DNA from: Nemertoderma westbladi
Taxonomy: Eukaryota > Animalia > Xenacoelomorpha
DNA length: 64,000 nucleotides
Reading direction: 5' to 3'
Assembly: GCA_032718475.1 (NCBI GenBank)
Contig: JAUCBJ010006261.1
Coordinates: forward strand, 1 to 64,000
Numbering within the stretch: position 1 is the stretch's first letter; each line of letters begins with the position of its first letter. Made by a program: the position numbers and the translations under genes. Under the pieces are notes generated by a model that saw only the letters and a program-made list of their open reading frames with translations, did not search any database and was not told the DNA's origin. Positions 1 through 12,104 of the stretch are shown here, piece by piece.

Positions 1-2
1 TA

Positions 3-132
3 CACGGAACCAGATAGATGTCCGATTTCACGAGTCATTCTTTTTATTGCTTTAATCTATTGTACTCGATGCATGAATAAAAATTTTGAAAAAAAAATAG
101 GTGGTCATCGATCTCGTTGCCATGGCAACAGA
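3..132 (+). repeat. Left TIR of P element
   Basis: Reverse complement of 4062-4191 with about one mismatch. Confidence 0.95.
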
Positions 133-390
133 GATTAAATTGTTGCGTGCATCACTATCTAAATCGCTATATCGTCAACACTACTTGGCTAAGTAATTCC
201 ATAGTAACTGTGATATAACGCATTACTGTAGTTCTAGAAGGCCTTGGTTGTACAATACAATTTCACAAGGTTAAACGACACGACAGTGCGAAATCAGATT
301 AGAACATACAGTACTGTATACCACACCTCTATAGCTAAGATTAAAACACACCTTGTCCTACCTACAGTACAGTATATAAATTAATAACGA

Positions 391-771
391 ATGCCTCGTG
401 TTTGTTGTGTACCTAATTGTGGGGTGAGGGCCGGGCCTAGTGCTACGGTATACTGTATACCCAAGGACACATCAACTAGGGACAAGTGGCTTAAAGCAGT
501 GAGAAAGCCAGGGGTGTTTTCCTGCGACAGTTTTGGTGTCTGTTGGAGACATTTTTCACAAAGCGACTTCATTGCTAAGCCATTTAAAAGAAAAGAGCTG
601 AGAGATTCCGCTGTGCCATCATTATATCTACCAGGATCAGAGAAGAGTGAAACAACACTTTCTAAACGTGTTAACTTCTATGGTAGACGCAAAAAACCAA
701 CAAACCGGATAACACTGACAAAGGACTTCGATAGGGACCAAGAGTCAAAATTTAGAGACTTGGATCAACTG
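391..771 (+). CDS. P transposase exon 1 (THAP zinc finger)
   Basis: MPRVCCVPNC...W...VCWRHF...LRDSAVPSL is a THAP C2CH domain with AVP motif. Predicted phase-0 donor CTG|GTGGGT at 772. Confidence 0.85.
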
Positions 772-1045
772 GTGGGTGTGACAGTTACTTACAAAAAGTA
801 TTTCAGTACCCATTTTAAGTAAGCTAAGTACGCTAAGGCGAGCCTTAGTGTACTGGTATCATTAGGCAACGGTGTCTGTCTGGTTAATTTTTGAGAGCCT
901 TCTGCTCGGCTGCTATTGATGCTTATTCAATTCAATTCAATGTAATCGTTTGTAAGTTGTACCATCTGTCTCGGATCAATGCACCAGTATGCCGCTAGGG
1001 GCGCTAACGATCTGAATGTTTTTCTTAATATGGAATTTGTACTTT

Positions 1046-1397
1046 TAATCAAGGCGTACTATATACAAGGCCATTCCATCGAGTTAACTGGGGGCGGTGA
1101 TATCTATTAAATATTAATTATAGAAAAGTATTATATACTATTCTAGAACGTAAATAAAATAAAAAATACAATGTTCTAGAACATTTTTTTTAATTTTAAA
1201 ATAGCTAGTAAATATAAAAAAATATCCAATTTGGTAGATAAATTTTCTAAAAAATAAATAATATAAATAAATAATTTTTTTTGTATTACTAGCTATTTTG
1301 AATTTGAAAAATAACTAGCTATATGTTCTAGAACATTATATTATTTGTATTATTTATGATCTAGAATAGTGTATAATCAAGGCGTACTATATACAAG
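1046..1397. repeat. Imperfect AT-rich hairpin bracketed by 24-bp direct repeats within the transposase intron
   Basis: TAATCAAGGCGTACTATATACAAG at 1046-1069 and 1374-1397. About 1130-1220 is an imperfect inverted copy of about 1275-1377. Confidence 0.7.
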
Positions 1398-1636
1398 CAA
1401 TTTTAACAATTTTCATTTCAATTGGGGCAATTTTCAGAAAATGTGTGACGGATACTGCAAAAGTACCATGGAATTTTAAAAAATTTGGCATGCGTAGTAT
1501 ACTGCTTACTAGTAATCGTTCTTATTCTCCACGGTCTGTCTGCGGGGTGAGCCTGTCTGTCTGTCTACGCGTTTGAAACCTTGATAGAGTATATATAGAG
1601 TATATAGAATATAGACCAATATTTCTCATTTTGCAG

Positions 1637-3883
1637 ACTTGGGATGCTCAAGCTATAAACAAATGGTTTAGAGAGGATGATGTGTTTAACAATCGGAATG
1701 CAAGCATATTTTGCTATGGCAAAGAAGGAGCTATGTGTATTTCGGAAACATTCCCAGAGGCACCTGAATGTAGCTACATAATCAATGTATCGCATGATGT
1801 CTTTGATGTTTACCGTAATGGGAGTACAATTCCATTATCAAATTTCAGTTTTTTGGATAGAAGGCTCTGCGGATTTGAAAAAGTCAAATGCAAGAGTGTG
1901 TTATACAGACTGATGAATGAAATAAAAAACTACCAAGATCCAAAGTATGATAACGAAATCATCCGCTTCCTTGTGAGAAACAAGCATTGCCGTCGGGTTT
2001 TACGTTTCGAACCTTCATTGATTAAGAAAGCACTTATGATTAGATATAGAAGTAAGGCAGCCTACGAGGAACTCTTGTCTGTCTTTCCTCAGTTCCCTAG
2101 TCTATCTGTTTTGGAGAAAATAACTAAAGGATCCATCGATTCATACAAACTTCTCCAGAAAATGAAGATGGACAAAAACGTTGTTGTGTATTTGGACGAA
2201 ATTCACTTGCAGAAAGAGGCGGTTTTTGCACAAGGTGGTGTTACAGAATCGGATATAGGATCTTTGAATAGTTTTATGGTTAGAGGTCTGAGTCATGGGC
2301 AACCATTAGTAGTGAAATCTGTACCCACTGCAACCGCTATGACAGGACGGGAGATAATTAGTAACTTAGAAGAAGTTTGCAGCAACCTAAGATCAGTCCA
2401 AACATCGCCACGAGTGGTGACAAGTGATAATTCACCAACAAACGCTAATGCTATATTTAAGCATTTTGACAATTCAGAAATTTTACAAGGTATCATTCCG
2501 CTCTTCGATTATAACCATCTATTAAAGAATACCAGGAATAATTGGTTCAAACTAGGCATCTTTGTTTTACCACAGTTCAAGTGGCAGTTTAAGAATGATA
2601 CGATTGAACTTTCACCAGGTAGTGAAGCAAAGGTTAGTGATGTGGCCGAAGTTTATTGTTTGGACACTTCTCATAATACTACCGCTCATTTACGACGAGC
2701 ACCCAAGCTAACATTCTCGACATTACATGTCCAGAAGAAAAAACAAAACACTCAGCTTATGCTAAATCTTTACAGCGATTGTACAGAGAGTGCTCTGAGA
2801 TATTATATTGACAGAAACAGTCCGACAGCAAATTTTGTGCGATTGATGAGGTTATTTTGGGCATTTATGAACACCAAAACTAGGAATCCGAAGACATCCA
2901 CTATGTATACTGAGACACACCACAAAGACCAGATTGAGAGACGAAGTTTCTTGAAATACTTTGGCGATTGGGTGGAGGCATGGCGAGATTCGGGAAAGCC
3001 AGGTCTATCACCTCAAACCTTTAACGCCCTCCTATTGACTGTGCGCAATACAGAGAAAGTGTTTAAACTCGTGTTTGAGGAACTGGGATACAGCTTGTTT
3101 AACACTCATGTCCTTGGAGACGATGCATTGGAGTTACATTACTCTAAATATAGACAAATGTCTGGTGGCCGGTTTCTAATTGCTCTTCGAGACGCTCTAA
3201 ACTCCAATAAAATTTTATCAATACGACTAATCATAGATGAAGACCTCGAAGTATCCGACTTTCTGTTGAAGAAAGATTTCCACAATGAAGCCGCGTTGTT
3301 ATTCGATGAAGTGTCTGAATTTGTGGATGAAGATGAGTTTCGTTGTCTAACTGTCAATGAAGAATCTCTAGATATTGTTGAATACATCTCAGGATGGATT
3401 GTGAAAACAGTAGGGGTCAACTGCCTACACTGTAATTTAAACGGTACAAATGACATCATTAGCGATTCTAAAAGAAGTGGGTCTACATCTAATGAGTCAT
3501 CTCGCCACTTTCTACATGATATAAATCGCGGTGGTTTAACCATTCCACATCAAAATCTTGTCAACTTCGTTTGTAATTGCCTCGGTAACCTAGAACTAGC
3601 ATATAAATTCCTGCAAAAAAATATTAAAGATGACAAATTCATATCAGCCGAAGTTCTCTTTCAGTACCTACAAATGCTTCCAGTAGATTCTTTGCATACA
3701 AGATCAATAATTTGCGATATTCACTCCAGTCATTCCTCGAAATTTTTACGCAAAATTATCAACGTGTTTCTGAAGGCACAGAGAAATCACTTGGCTGAGC
3801 TAATAGCTGAGAAAGAAAGCTACAAGACTGGGTTGGACGGTTTTAAGGCGCCTCAGCGAAACAAGGGAAGGAAATTGATCTGA
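1637..3883 (+). CDS. P transposase exon 2 (catalytic core)
   Basis: Acceptor TTTCTCATTTTGCAG at 1636, phase 0. Motifs YLDEIHL, VTSDN, FDYNHLLKNTRNN, DDALELHYSKYRQ are typical of P/THAP9. Spliced product about 875 aa. Confidence 0.9.
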   Translation, partial: TWDAQAINKWFREDDVFNNRNASIFCYGKEGAMCISETFPEAPECSYIINVSHDVFDVYRNGSTIPLSNFSFLDRRLCGFEKVKCKSVLYRLMNEIKNYQDPKYDNEIIRFLVRNKHCRRVLRFEPSLIKKALMIRYRSKAAYEELLSVFPQFPSLSVLEKITKGSIDSYKLLQKMKMDKNVVVYLDEIHLQKEAVFAQGGVTESDIGSLNSFMVRGLSHGQPLVVKSVPTATAMTGREIISNLEEVCSNLRSVQTSPRVVTSDNSPTNANAIFKHFDNSEILQGIIPLFDYNHLLKNTRNNWFKLGIFVLPQFKWQFKNDTIELSPGSEAKVSDVAEVYCLDTSHNTTAHLRRAPKLTFSTLHVQKKKQNTQLMLNLYSDCTESALRYYIDRNSPTANFVRLMRLFWAFMNTKTRNPKTSTMYTETHHKDQIERRSFLKYFGDWVEAWRDSGKPGLSPQTFNALLLTVRNTEKVFKLVFEELGYSLFNTHVLGDDALELHYSKYRQMSGGRFLIALRDALNSNKILSIRLIIDEDLEVSDFLLKKDFHNEAALLFDEVSEFVDEDEFRCLTVNEESLDIVEYISGWIVKTVGVNCLHCNLNGTNDIISDSKRSGSTSNESSRHFLHDINRGGLTIPHQNLVNFVCNCLGNLELAYKFLQKNIKDDKFISAEVLFQYLQMLPVDSLHTRSIICDIHSSHSSKFLRKIINVFLKAQRNHLAELIAEKESYKTGLDGFKAPQRNKGRKLI

Positions 3884-4061
3884 AGCGCCGGTTGGACGAA
3901 TAAGAAAAATAATGCTGGGTTACAGAGCAGATCAGGCAACTTATTGATGAAACGGAAGCTATAGTGTATGTATATCGCTTTAACCTTTGAACAAATTTGG
4001 AAGCAATATTTACTGTATTTTCACTCATCGTTGTTGAAATAAAGGCAAAAAATGAAAAATG

Positions 4062-4191
4062 TCTGTTGCCATGGCAACGAGATCGATGACCACCAATTTT
4101 TTTTTCAAAATTTTTATTCATGCATCGAGTACAATAGATTAAAGCAATAAAAAGAATGACTCGTGAAATCGGACATCTATCTGGTTCCGTG
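4062..4191 (-). repeat. Right TIR of P element
   Basis: Inverted match to 3-132. Confidence 0.95.
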
Positions 4192-4644
4192 TATATTTAG
4201 TATTCCATGATTCACCAAATTTTTTTACAGTAGCTATTATTTTGCTAATTTTTTTCTAGTGTTTAATAATTTAATTATATATATAATATATAAATAATAA
4301 ATAATGTAAATAAATATAAATAAATTATTTATTTATTGTATAATGGAAGGAACAATTATGATAAAATAATAAAATAATTTAAATAAAAATTACTAGCTAG
4401 TAAAATTACTTCCTAGGTACCTTAAAAATTATTCACAAAATATTTTTTATCTCTGGGGGGGGGGGGGGGGGGGGGGGTTGTTTGGGTGACATACTTTGTG
4501 AACGCCCCCTAAAAGTAATTTACGTAGATAAACAAATACATTTACTGATTACATGATACAAAATTTATTCAAGCACAATGTCCTGAGATAGACACTCAAA
4601 TCTAATTTCCCGAGACAGACACCCAAGAGTTCCAAAGTTTAAGT

Positions 4645-5713
4645 TTAGTAAAAGTAACCTGGTGCCTTTCTAACTCTCTTGTTGGCGCTGTTTTTGGGAA
4701 TATTACTAACATCAGCCAAGCTCTTCCCTTTCGGTTTCTTTTTAGGGATTCCTCCTTGGAGAACTTCCGTTTTCTCTTTAGCTGGCAATGTTTTCTTGTA
4801 CTTACGAACACGAGGTTTTTTACCAGCACTGGGATCTGCAGGTATACATACAGCTAAACCTACCATCATTCGTTATTACTTTCGTAAAATTGTCTATCTC
4901 GCCGGAAAAAATGGCACATGCAACAAGATGTTCACAGAAACCAATGGTTGCCAATGATACGCAGCTACCGGTACAACCATTTAACTTTATTTTAGGAACT
5001 TCTATTAATTGAGATGAATCTCTGGGCGTTCTCCTAACAACATAGCCGAAACCGGGAGCTTTTGCTACGCTCGCTCGTAATGCCCAACCTTTAATATATA
5101 TTTCTTCAATTAGAATATTACTAATTCCTTCAGGCTTTGGCAATGACAGAGGACATCTACAAATATTTTGAAGAGGTGTAGCCTGACAGAGAGCTATTAA
5201 TTTTTGAAGTTTCTGAGCATCTGACAGTAATACCCACTGGTCCGCTGATACAAAATGGTGTACAAATTGTTGCGCCAGTGACCAGTTACCATGTCCATGC
5301 ATAGCCTTGTAACATTCTTCCAGCTGTTCGTCATCTAGAATCATGAAGTGTTTGTATATTTCACAAATTGTGAGATTCTTCCTACCTTCAGTTTGCTCTC
5401 GTAGACGTTTGTTAGACCCTTCACTCAATACAGACCGATAAGGTAAGTTAATGGATACACCAAACCTGATACGAGCAAATTGTGTAGCCATGGAACGTAT
5501 TTTGTCAACTTTATAATCGTAGAACCAAACCCGAAATATTTCCAATCCAAGTGAAATCCATCTTTCTTTTAAATTATTTAACAACTTAGTATAGTCAGCA
5601 ACACAGTCAGTTGGATAACCTCGACGCAGCAAATCTTCGGTTCCTTCGACGCTACTCGATGACCGAAACAACTCCAGCAGAATATCTTTAACAGTTGTAT
5701 CCGATGTCGTCAT
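4645..5713 (-). pseudogene. SWIM-zinc-finger protein remnant, probably MULE-like transposase C-terminal part, frameshifted near 4870
   Basis: CTGSC-x7-CEH SWIM-like motif; a basic tail PSAGKKPRVRK continues in another frame (4645-4869). Confidence 0.5.
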
Positions 5714-7044
5714 ATCTGCATTGCATATGTGCTGATATGTTTAATAATATGAATAATAATAAGATGCCGTTATGGAATATTGTCTAACGCAATAATTAGA
5801 ATGTAGGCCTAGTTAAGTTACCGGTTGCCGGCACCCGGAAGTTCAGAAATTGACAGGGTTTTGGGTGACCGGTACGCTCTCTGGCTCTATGATAGGCCTT
5901 ACCTTACTGACCAGAATACAATGCATCCAATGCTGTAATGGCCCATGGCTATGGCACTATCTCTGTAACCAGGCTGCCAGGCTGTCTTAATACTGTAATC
6001 AGGTAATGCTTACCGGTACTACTCAGCTACTAAATATATAAATATTTACAGCTTTAACTAACCCTAACAATACTGCAATATCGGAATACCGGAATACACT
6101 ACTGCACTACAGCACTAATACTGTAATATGTAATCAGGTAATAGGCCTACCAGAATACAGCAATACTGGTACTTTGCGCCTCTACCAACTGACAGGTAAA
6201 ACAAGGATAGTACTGCTGTACTGATACTGCACCATATGCTGATTGGTTACAGTTCTTTGGTTGCCTGGCAACAAGCTTTCTGGGCAGTATTAGACTCTTT
6301 CAATTTATTTTTTTGCAGCATATAGGTAAAATTTAATGCTGATCAATTTTTTCACTGTTTTCCGGAAGGTTTATAGTGTTTTTATAGTGTTTTCCCTATG
6401 TTTTATGGTGATTACTTAAGGGGTGCTATGCGAGGAGTACATTTAGGATTGTCAATTAAGAGAAGTACATGTGTTAAATTCCCTGCTGATCAATATTTTC
6501 ACTGTTTTCCGTGTGTTTTACAGTACTTTTCCTATGTTTTCCTAGTGTTTTACTGTTTTACTAGTGTTTTCCTAATTTAGAATCATCCCAATACTTACTG
6601 GTACCTGTAGTTAATGTATGGTTTGGTGCAGTTTTCCTTGTGGTAGTTGGGTTGGGAGTACTACAATCGATTTGTTTTCAATCATTTCATTTTTTAATAG
6701 GCCATAGTGCCTGAGTACTAACAGTGGCCCAAGTGGCCCTAAATGCTAGGTAGTATCTGAGGGAATAAGACCCCATTTCCTATTTTATTGTTTTCATATT
6801 AATATCACAATCCCTCTAAAGTCGTGGTTGTCTAACATCATATAATTATATATTTACAGGGGCATTTTCTGACATCTGCTCAATTTTGTTTAAAAATCTG
6901 ATCATTTATCTGTACATTCCGGTAGGTGCTAATTTCGATAGGGTCCATTTCCTATTTTATTGTTTTCAAAATTAGTCATGATAGATAAAAATATTTAATT
7001 TGAGTGAAAGAAAGCGAATTTTTCAGTTACATTTATGTACTCAC

Positions 7045-7158
7045 CAACACAAGCACCTCCATTGGAAACATAACCTTCGTCACATTGACATTGAGCTGCC
7101 CCATCGATAATGATACAGCTTCCGTTTCCACCGCAGTCATTGTTATGGCATGGGTCAG
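7045..7158 (-). CDS. Host-gene exon, EGF-like domain (copy 1)
   Basis: TTTTTTAG|...|GTGAGT, 114 bp, phase 1-1, DPCHNNDCGGNGSCIIIDGAAQCQCDEGYVSNGGACV with six-Cys EGF spacing. Not in the ORF track. Confidence 0.85.
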
Positions 7159-7331
7159 CTAAAAAATAATTGATAATTAAGTACTACCGGCCAAGTTTCG
7201 ACCACGTTTCGACCACGTTTCAACCAAGTTACGAGACCAAGTTTATTTTGCACATTTTTTGACAATAGTGCATTACGTGCTACGAATGGGTGGGGGGGGG
7301 GGGGGGGGCATGATAATACGAGATAGGGTGT

Positions 7332-7836
7332 TGTGAGCGTATTCAATTCCGCCTCACCAACCCCCATAAAGTGGGAAAGAGGGCCTTTAAGCAATATTGG
7401 GAAGCACGAGGTTGATTGCCAATCAACCTCGTACCACCCCCAATAAGCGGGGACGACAAACCCCAAAGGGCCTCACACAATAGAGGTTAGAGGTCAAGGA
7501 GAGAGAGTAACAGCAGCGGGGGGGAAACACTCCCACAAAGTTCAGGGCGAGAATTAGGTTACTAGCCAATGGGGGGACAGCAGGGAATCAGCAGAGTAAT
7601 ATGGCCACTGGTGCAATATATATATATATTACCGGTATCTGTGTTATTTGCTCACTTTAGCTAGTCAGTGCAGTTAGGGTGGAATGGGAACTTCTATCAC
7701 CGTCCGCTACCGCCACCACATGCAATACTTATTACCGGTTTAGTTATTAGTCAGTAATCCTATACTCAATACTGTGCTCAGTTTACTTATTCAATATATC
7801 TCATATGCATCAATCAAAGAACTTCAGAACTCTTAA
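7332..7836 (+). repeat. Truncated copy of element A 5' LTR carried by the duplication
   Basis: Matches 8872-9373 with the same left flank AGATAGGGTGT. Confidence 0.9.
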
Positions 7837-8597
7837 GGGAAATGTACTGGATTTAAAATATACAGTAGGAGGCCTATGCACTATGCACTATGCAGTCCTA
7901 CAGCGGTGGAATATGAAGGGTTGAACACTGAGAATTCCATCAGCAATGCAAATGAGAGTGAAGCAGTAGTGGGTCAATAACATCCTCAGTTGTGGCTTGA
8001 AATAATAAATCAAATGAGTTAAAATAGAAAGATTTACAAAGAGTAAAAGAGGCAAGTGGTGAGAAATTAGAGAGATTTTTTCACTAGAGAGTCTCTTTTC
8101 ATAGAGATAATTTTTTCACTGTTTTCCGGAAGGTTTATAGTGTTTTTATAGTGTTTTCCCTATGTTTTATGGTGATTACTTAAGGGGTGCTATGCGAGGA
8201 GTACATTTAGGATTGTCAATTAAGAGAAGTACATGTGTTAAATTCCCTGCTGATCAATATTTTCACTGTTTTCCGTGAGTTTTACAGTACTTTTCCTATG
8301 TTTTCCTAGTGTTTTACTGTTTTACTAGTGCTTTCCTAATTTAGAATCATCCCAATACTTACTGGTACCTGAAGTCGTGGTTGTCTAACATCATATAATT
8401 ATATATTTACAGGGGCATTTTCTGACATCTGCTCAATTTTGTTTAAAAATCTGATCATTTATCTGTACATTCCGGTAGGTGCTAATTTCGATAGGGTCCA
8501 TTTCCTATTTTATTGTTTTCAAAATTAGTCATGATAGATAAAAATATTTAATTTGAGTGAAAGAAAGCGAATTTTTCAGTTACATTTATGTACTCAC

Positions 8598-8711
8598 CAA
8601 CACAAGCACCTCCATTGGAAACATAACCTTCGTCACATTGACATTGAGCTGCCGAATCGATAATGATACAGCTTCCGTGTCCACCGCAGTCATTGTTATG
8701 GCATGGGTCAG
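8598..8711 (-). CDS. Host-gene exon, EGF-like domain (copy 2)
   Basis: Same splice sites as copy 1; DPCHNNDCGGHGSCIIIDSAAQCQCDEGYVSNGGACV. Confidence 0.85.
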
Positions 8712-9514
8712 CTAAAAAATAATTGATAATTAAGTACTACTGGCCAAGTTTCGACCAAGTTTCAACCAAGTTACGAGACCAAGTTTATTTTGCACATTTT
8801 TTGACAATAATGCATTACGTGCTACGAATGGGGGGGGGGGGGGGGGGGCATGATAATACGAGATAGGGTGTTGTGAGCGTATTCAATTCCGCCTCACCAA
8901 CCCCCATAAAGTGGGAAAGAGGGCCTTTAAGCAATATTGGGAAGCACGAGGTTGATTGCCAATCAACCTCGTACCACCCCCAATAAGCGGGGACGACAAA
9001 CCCCAAAGAGCCTCACAAAATAGAGGTTAGAGGTCAAGGAGAGAGAGTAACAGCAGCGGGGGGGAAACACTCCCACAAAGTTCAGGGCGAGAATTAGGTT
9101 ACTAGCCAATGGGGGGACAGCAGGGAATCAGCAGAGTAATATGGCCACTGGTGCAATATATATATATTACCGGTATCTGTGTTATTTGCTCACTTTAGCT
9201 AGTCAGTGCAGTTAGGGTGGAATGGGAACTTCTATCACCGTCCGCTACCGCCACCACATGCAATACTTATTACCGGTTTAGTTATTAGTCAGTAATCCTA
9301 TACTCAATACTGTGCTCAGTTTACTTATTCAATATATCTCATATGCATCAATCAAAGAACTTCAGAACTCTTAACAAACCTTTTCATATACACGGCGGGG
9401 ACGCGTAGATCGAAAACCCAAACGGATAAATCGGGATCCATAGATCCCGTCACAGTGATAGAAACCAACAGCCCGAACTGACTGCTAGCCACCGATCCAC
9501 CGACAAGAGTAAAG

Positions 9515-10505
9515 ATGAGTCAAGAGAGAGAGACGACACCGCCGCGGACCCCGGACGACAACCTAACGATCCGCGAGGCCACGGCAAGACGGTATCGACC
9601 CACGAGGCCGGATTCGTCGACGACGAACGATCCGGCAATCCAAGCAGAGGGGGGCCATCTACAACGAGAAGGGAGAGACGAGTCGAGAGAAGGGAGAGAC
9701 GAGTCGACACACGGCGGCGGTCGAGGTGCCGATGTCGCCGGCCAGCCACAGGCCGAGGGCGACGGACGGCCCACCGGAACGGCGACGGTGGGGCCGCCGG
9801 TACGACGCCGGACACGGAGGGATAGAGGAGATGTCGGCGATGAGGATGTCAGGGTCAGCGACCGGCTCCGACAAGCCTACAACGCGACCCGGAAGCAACT
9901 AAAGGAAGCTAAGGAGGGAGAAAGGCTGGACCAGGTGAAGTTGGAGAAGCGGTTAGGTGAGTCGAACAGACATTTTGACTATTTAATGCGCTTTGGGCAG
10001 GGAGAACTAGCCAGTGAAAGAGCGAGAGGGGTCGCCACCGAACTGTTTTAAACTGTGGGAACGTAGGGGTATGGGGCCTGGTGTAGTGTACATAGGGCCA
10101 TACTTAGTTGATGCCAGGGGAGTTAAGTTAGTGGGTTTGGCGGGACCGCACGAGGGCGAATCCGAGGTTAACTCCGAGGATTCGGTCTCGTCGGTCAGCG
10201 AGAACCCCGGAAAGCGGGGGAAAGTTAGCAGGACGGGGGGGCGACGGGATTCCGTCGCGGCCGATAAGTCCGCTACATCCTCCGCGAAAGTAAGAAGGGT
10301 GTTGAAAATAAATCTGGCGTGTCAGTGTAAAGAGCGTGAGGCAAGAAGGGCGAGCGAGCGCAAGGAGCGTGAGGCGAGGTGGCTTGAGAGGGTTGCGAGA
10401 GAGACAGAGTTGGCCGAGCAAGGTTTGCGAGAGGATGGAGAGAGAGGAACGTTTGTTAATACCCCACTTTCAGGGACCAGGACGACAGACCCAAGACTGG
10501 TGTGA
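9515..10505 (+). pseudogene. Gag-position ORF of element A, frameshifted near 10047
   Basis: First ORF after the 5' LTR. Homologous to the ORF in element B (VVYIGPYLVDARGVKLVG vs VVYVGLYLVDARGIKLVG). No recognisable capsid or zinc-knuckle motif. Confidence 0.55.
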
Positions 10506-12104
10506 CTGTACGGGAGGGGGGGGGGGGGGGGGGTAATAACAATAGGTTAGGAAATGTTAATATTAATAGTACCGTAGTAGATAACCCTAATCCCTTTATT
10601 ACAGGAAATATTTTACCCGGTAATTTAAATTTAAATTCAAATAATAATATTAATTCAAATATTCAGAATAATCCAAATAATTCGAATAATAATTTAAATT
10701 TAGAAAATAATAATAATCCTGTTATGGCGACGGGCGGTCCCTCTCCGGGTGACCTATTCGATGGACCCTGAACTCTTTTTACCTTTTAACTCTTTTTTTT
10801 TTCTGAACCCGTTTAGTAATAAAGTTTAATAAACTCAGAGCTGACGATAAATTTGATTTATATAAATTAATTAATTTTAACCAAGTTAAATTAATAATTT
10901 AAAATTATGATATGTAACATTACATATGTATCCTAATTTAAATAATCTAAATAATAATATTGATAGTGGTGCTATTAATATGAACGTGTCGGACGTGCAT
11001 AACCCGGCAAATGGGGGCCTGGTAGGCCACGTAGTTAGTAGGCAGGGAGTGGCAGGGTTGAGTCAACCCGTGGTGGGCCTGGTAGGCCACGCATTAGTAG
11101 AGAGAGAGGCGGGGGTGAATAGACCCAGCCACAGTAGAGACAGTGCGTCGACCAGAGAGGGGTGTAGAAGTGAAGTAAGAGAGAGTGAAGTAAGATATGG
11201 CGAGTGGGGGGGGGGGGGGGGCTACGGGCTCCCCACCACGGAAGATTAGTGGCGAGAGAGGGGGGGTAGAGAATGTCCAACAAGAGGGACACAGAAGTGT
11301 AGTAAGAGATAGTGAAGTTAGAAGTGGCGGGTGGGGGGGGGGGGGGGCTACGGGCGCCTCACCACGAGAGATTAGTAGCGAGTGGGGTCGAACTTCGGGA
11401 GATTGCCGTCGCCCCGGAGAAACGCACCGCATGCCAGGAGAGCGGTACAGGATGTACCGATACGAAGACGAGAGCAGGATAGGGGATCGAAGAGAAACTT
11501 CCCGACGGGATGTAGCTGCCAATCGAGAGTACGGTAGTCGCGGGGAGATTCGAGATTCGAGAGAATTAAACTTCGGTTCGGAAGGGCACATGCAGACTGC
11601 AGGACATACTGTAGGCCTTACTGCACATACTATTATAGGCCATGCTGGGAGAGATAGAATAGGCGATAGGGTAGCGCGGACGATGGGATTAAACCCGGAA
11701 GTCGCGGAGTACATACCGGTAGGTAGGCAAGAAGTGGGTAGGCCTATATCGGTACAGCAGCATGACTATAATACACAGGGACATAACATAAACCCGGTTG
11801 AGGGGGATATTGCAGATAGATGGATGGGCCCCAATATATTAACATCAGCCCCAGTACCAAACATAACACCGGTGGGGGGGGGGGGGGGGGGGCAGGGTGA
11901 CATTCCCCCATTACAAAATATCCGCAGTATAGACAACCAAGAACAAACAAATAGGGTGAGAACGTAGGGAGGACAAGTAGGGTGAGCTAGAAGGGTAAGT
12001 AGAGAATAAGTAGGGCACGGGCGTGATGACGTGTTTGATGTAAGAGCAGGGTATGTTAATTAGAGTTAGTAGGAGTTAGCAGAGTAGAGGTAGTATAGTA
12101 GAGT

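Larger units (their letters stand above)
3..4191 (+). mobile_element. P-element superfamily (THAP9-like) DNA transposon, apparently intact
   Basis: CA...TG ends and 130-bp near-perfect TIRs (3-132 / 4062-4191) enclose a THAP domain and a P-type transposase. Right flank is TATATTTA; the only two visible left-flank bases (TA) fit either an 8-bp or a TA TSD. Confidence 0.92.
6347..9373. repeat. Recent tandem segmental duplication
   Basis: 6347-6606 matches 8111-8370 and 6819-7836 matches 8372-9373, near-identical; 6607-6818 is absent from the second copy. Confidence 0.92.
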
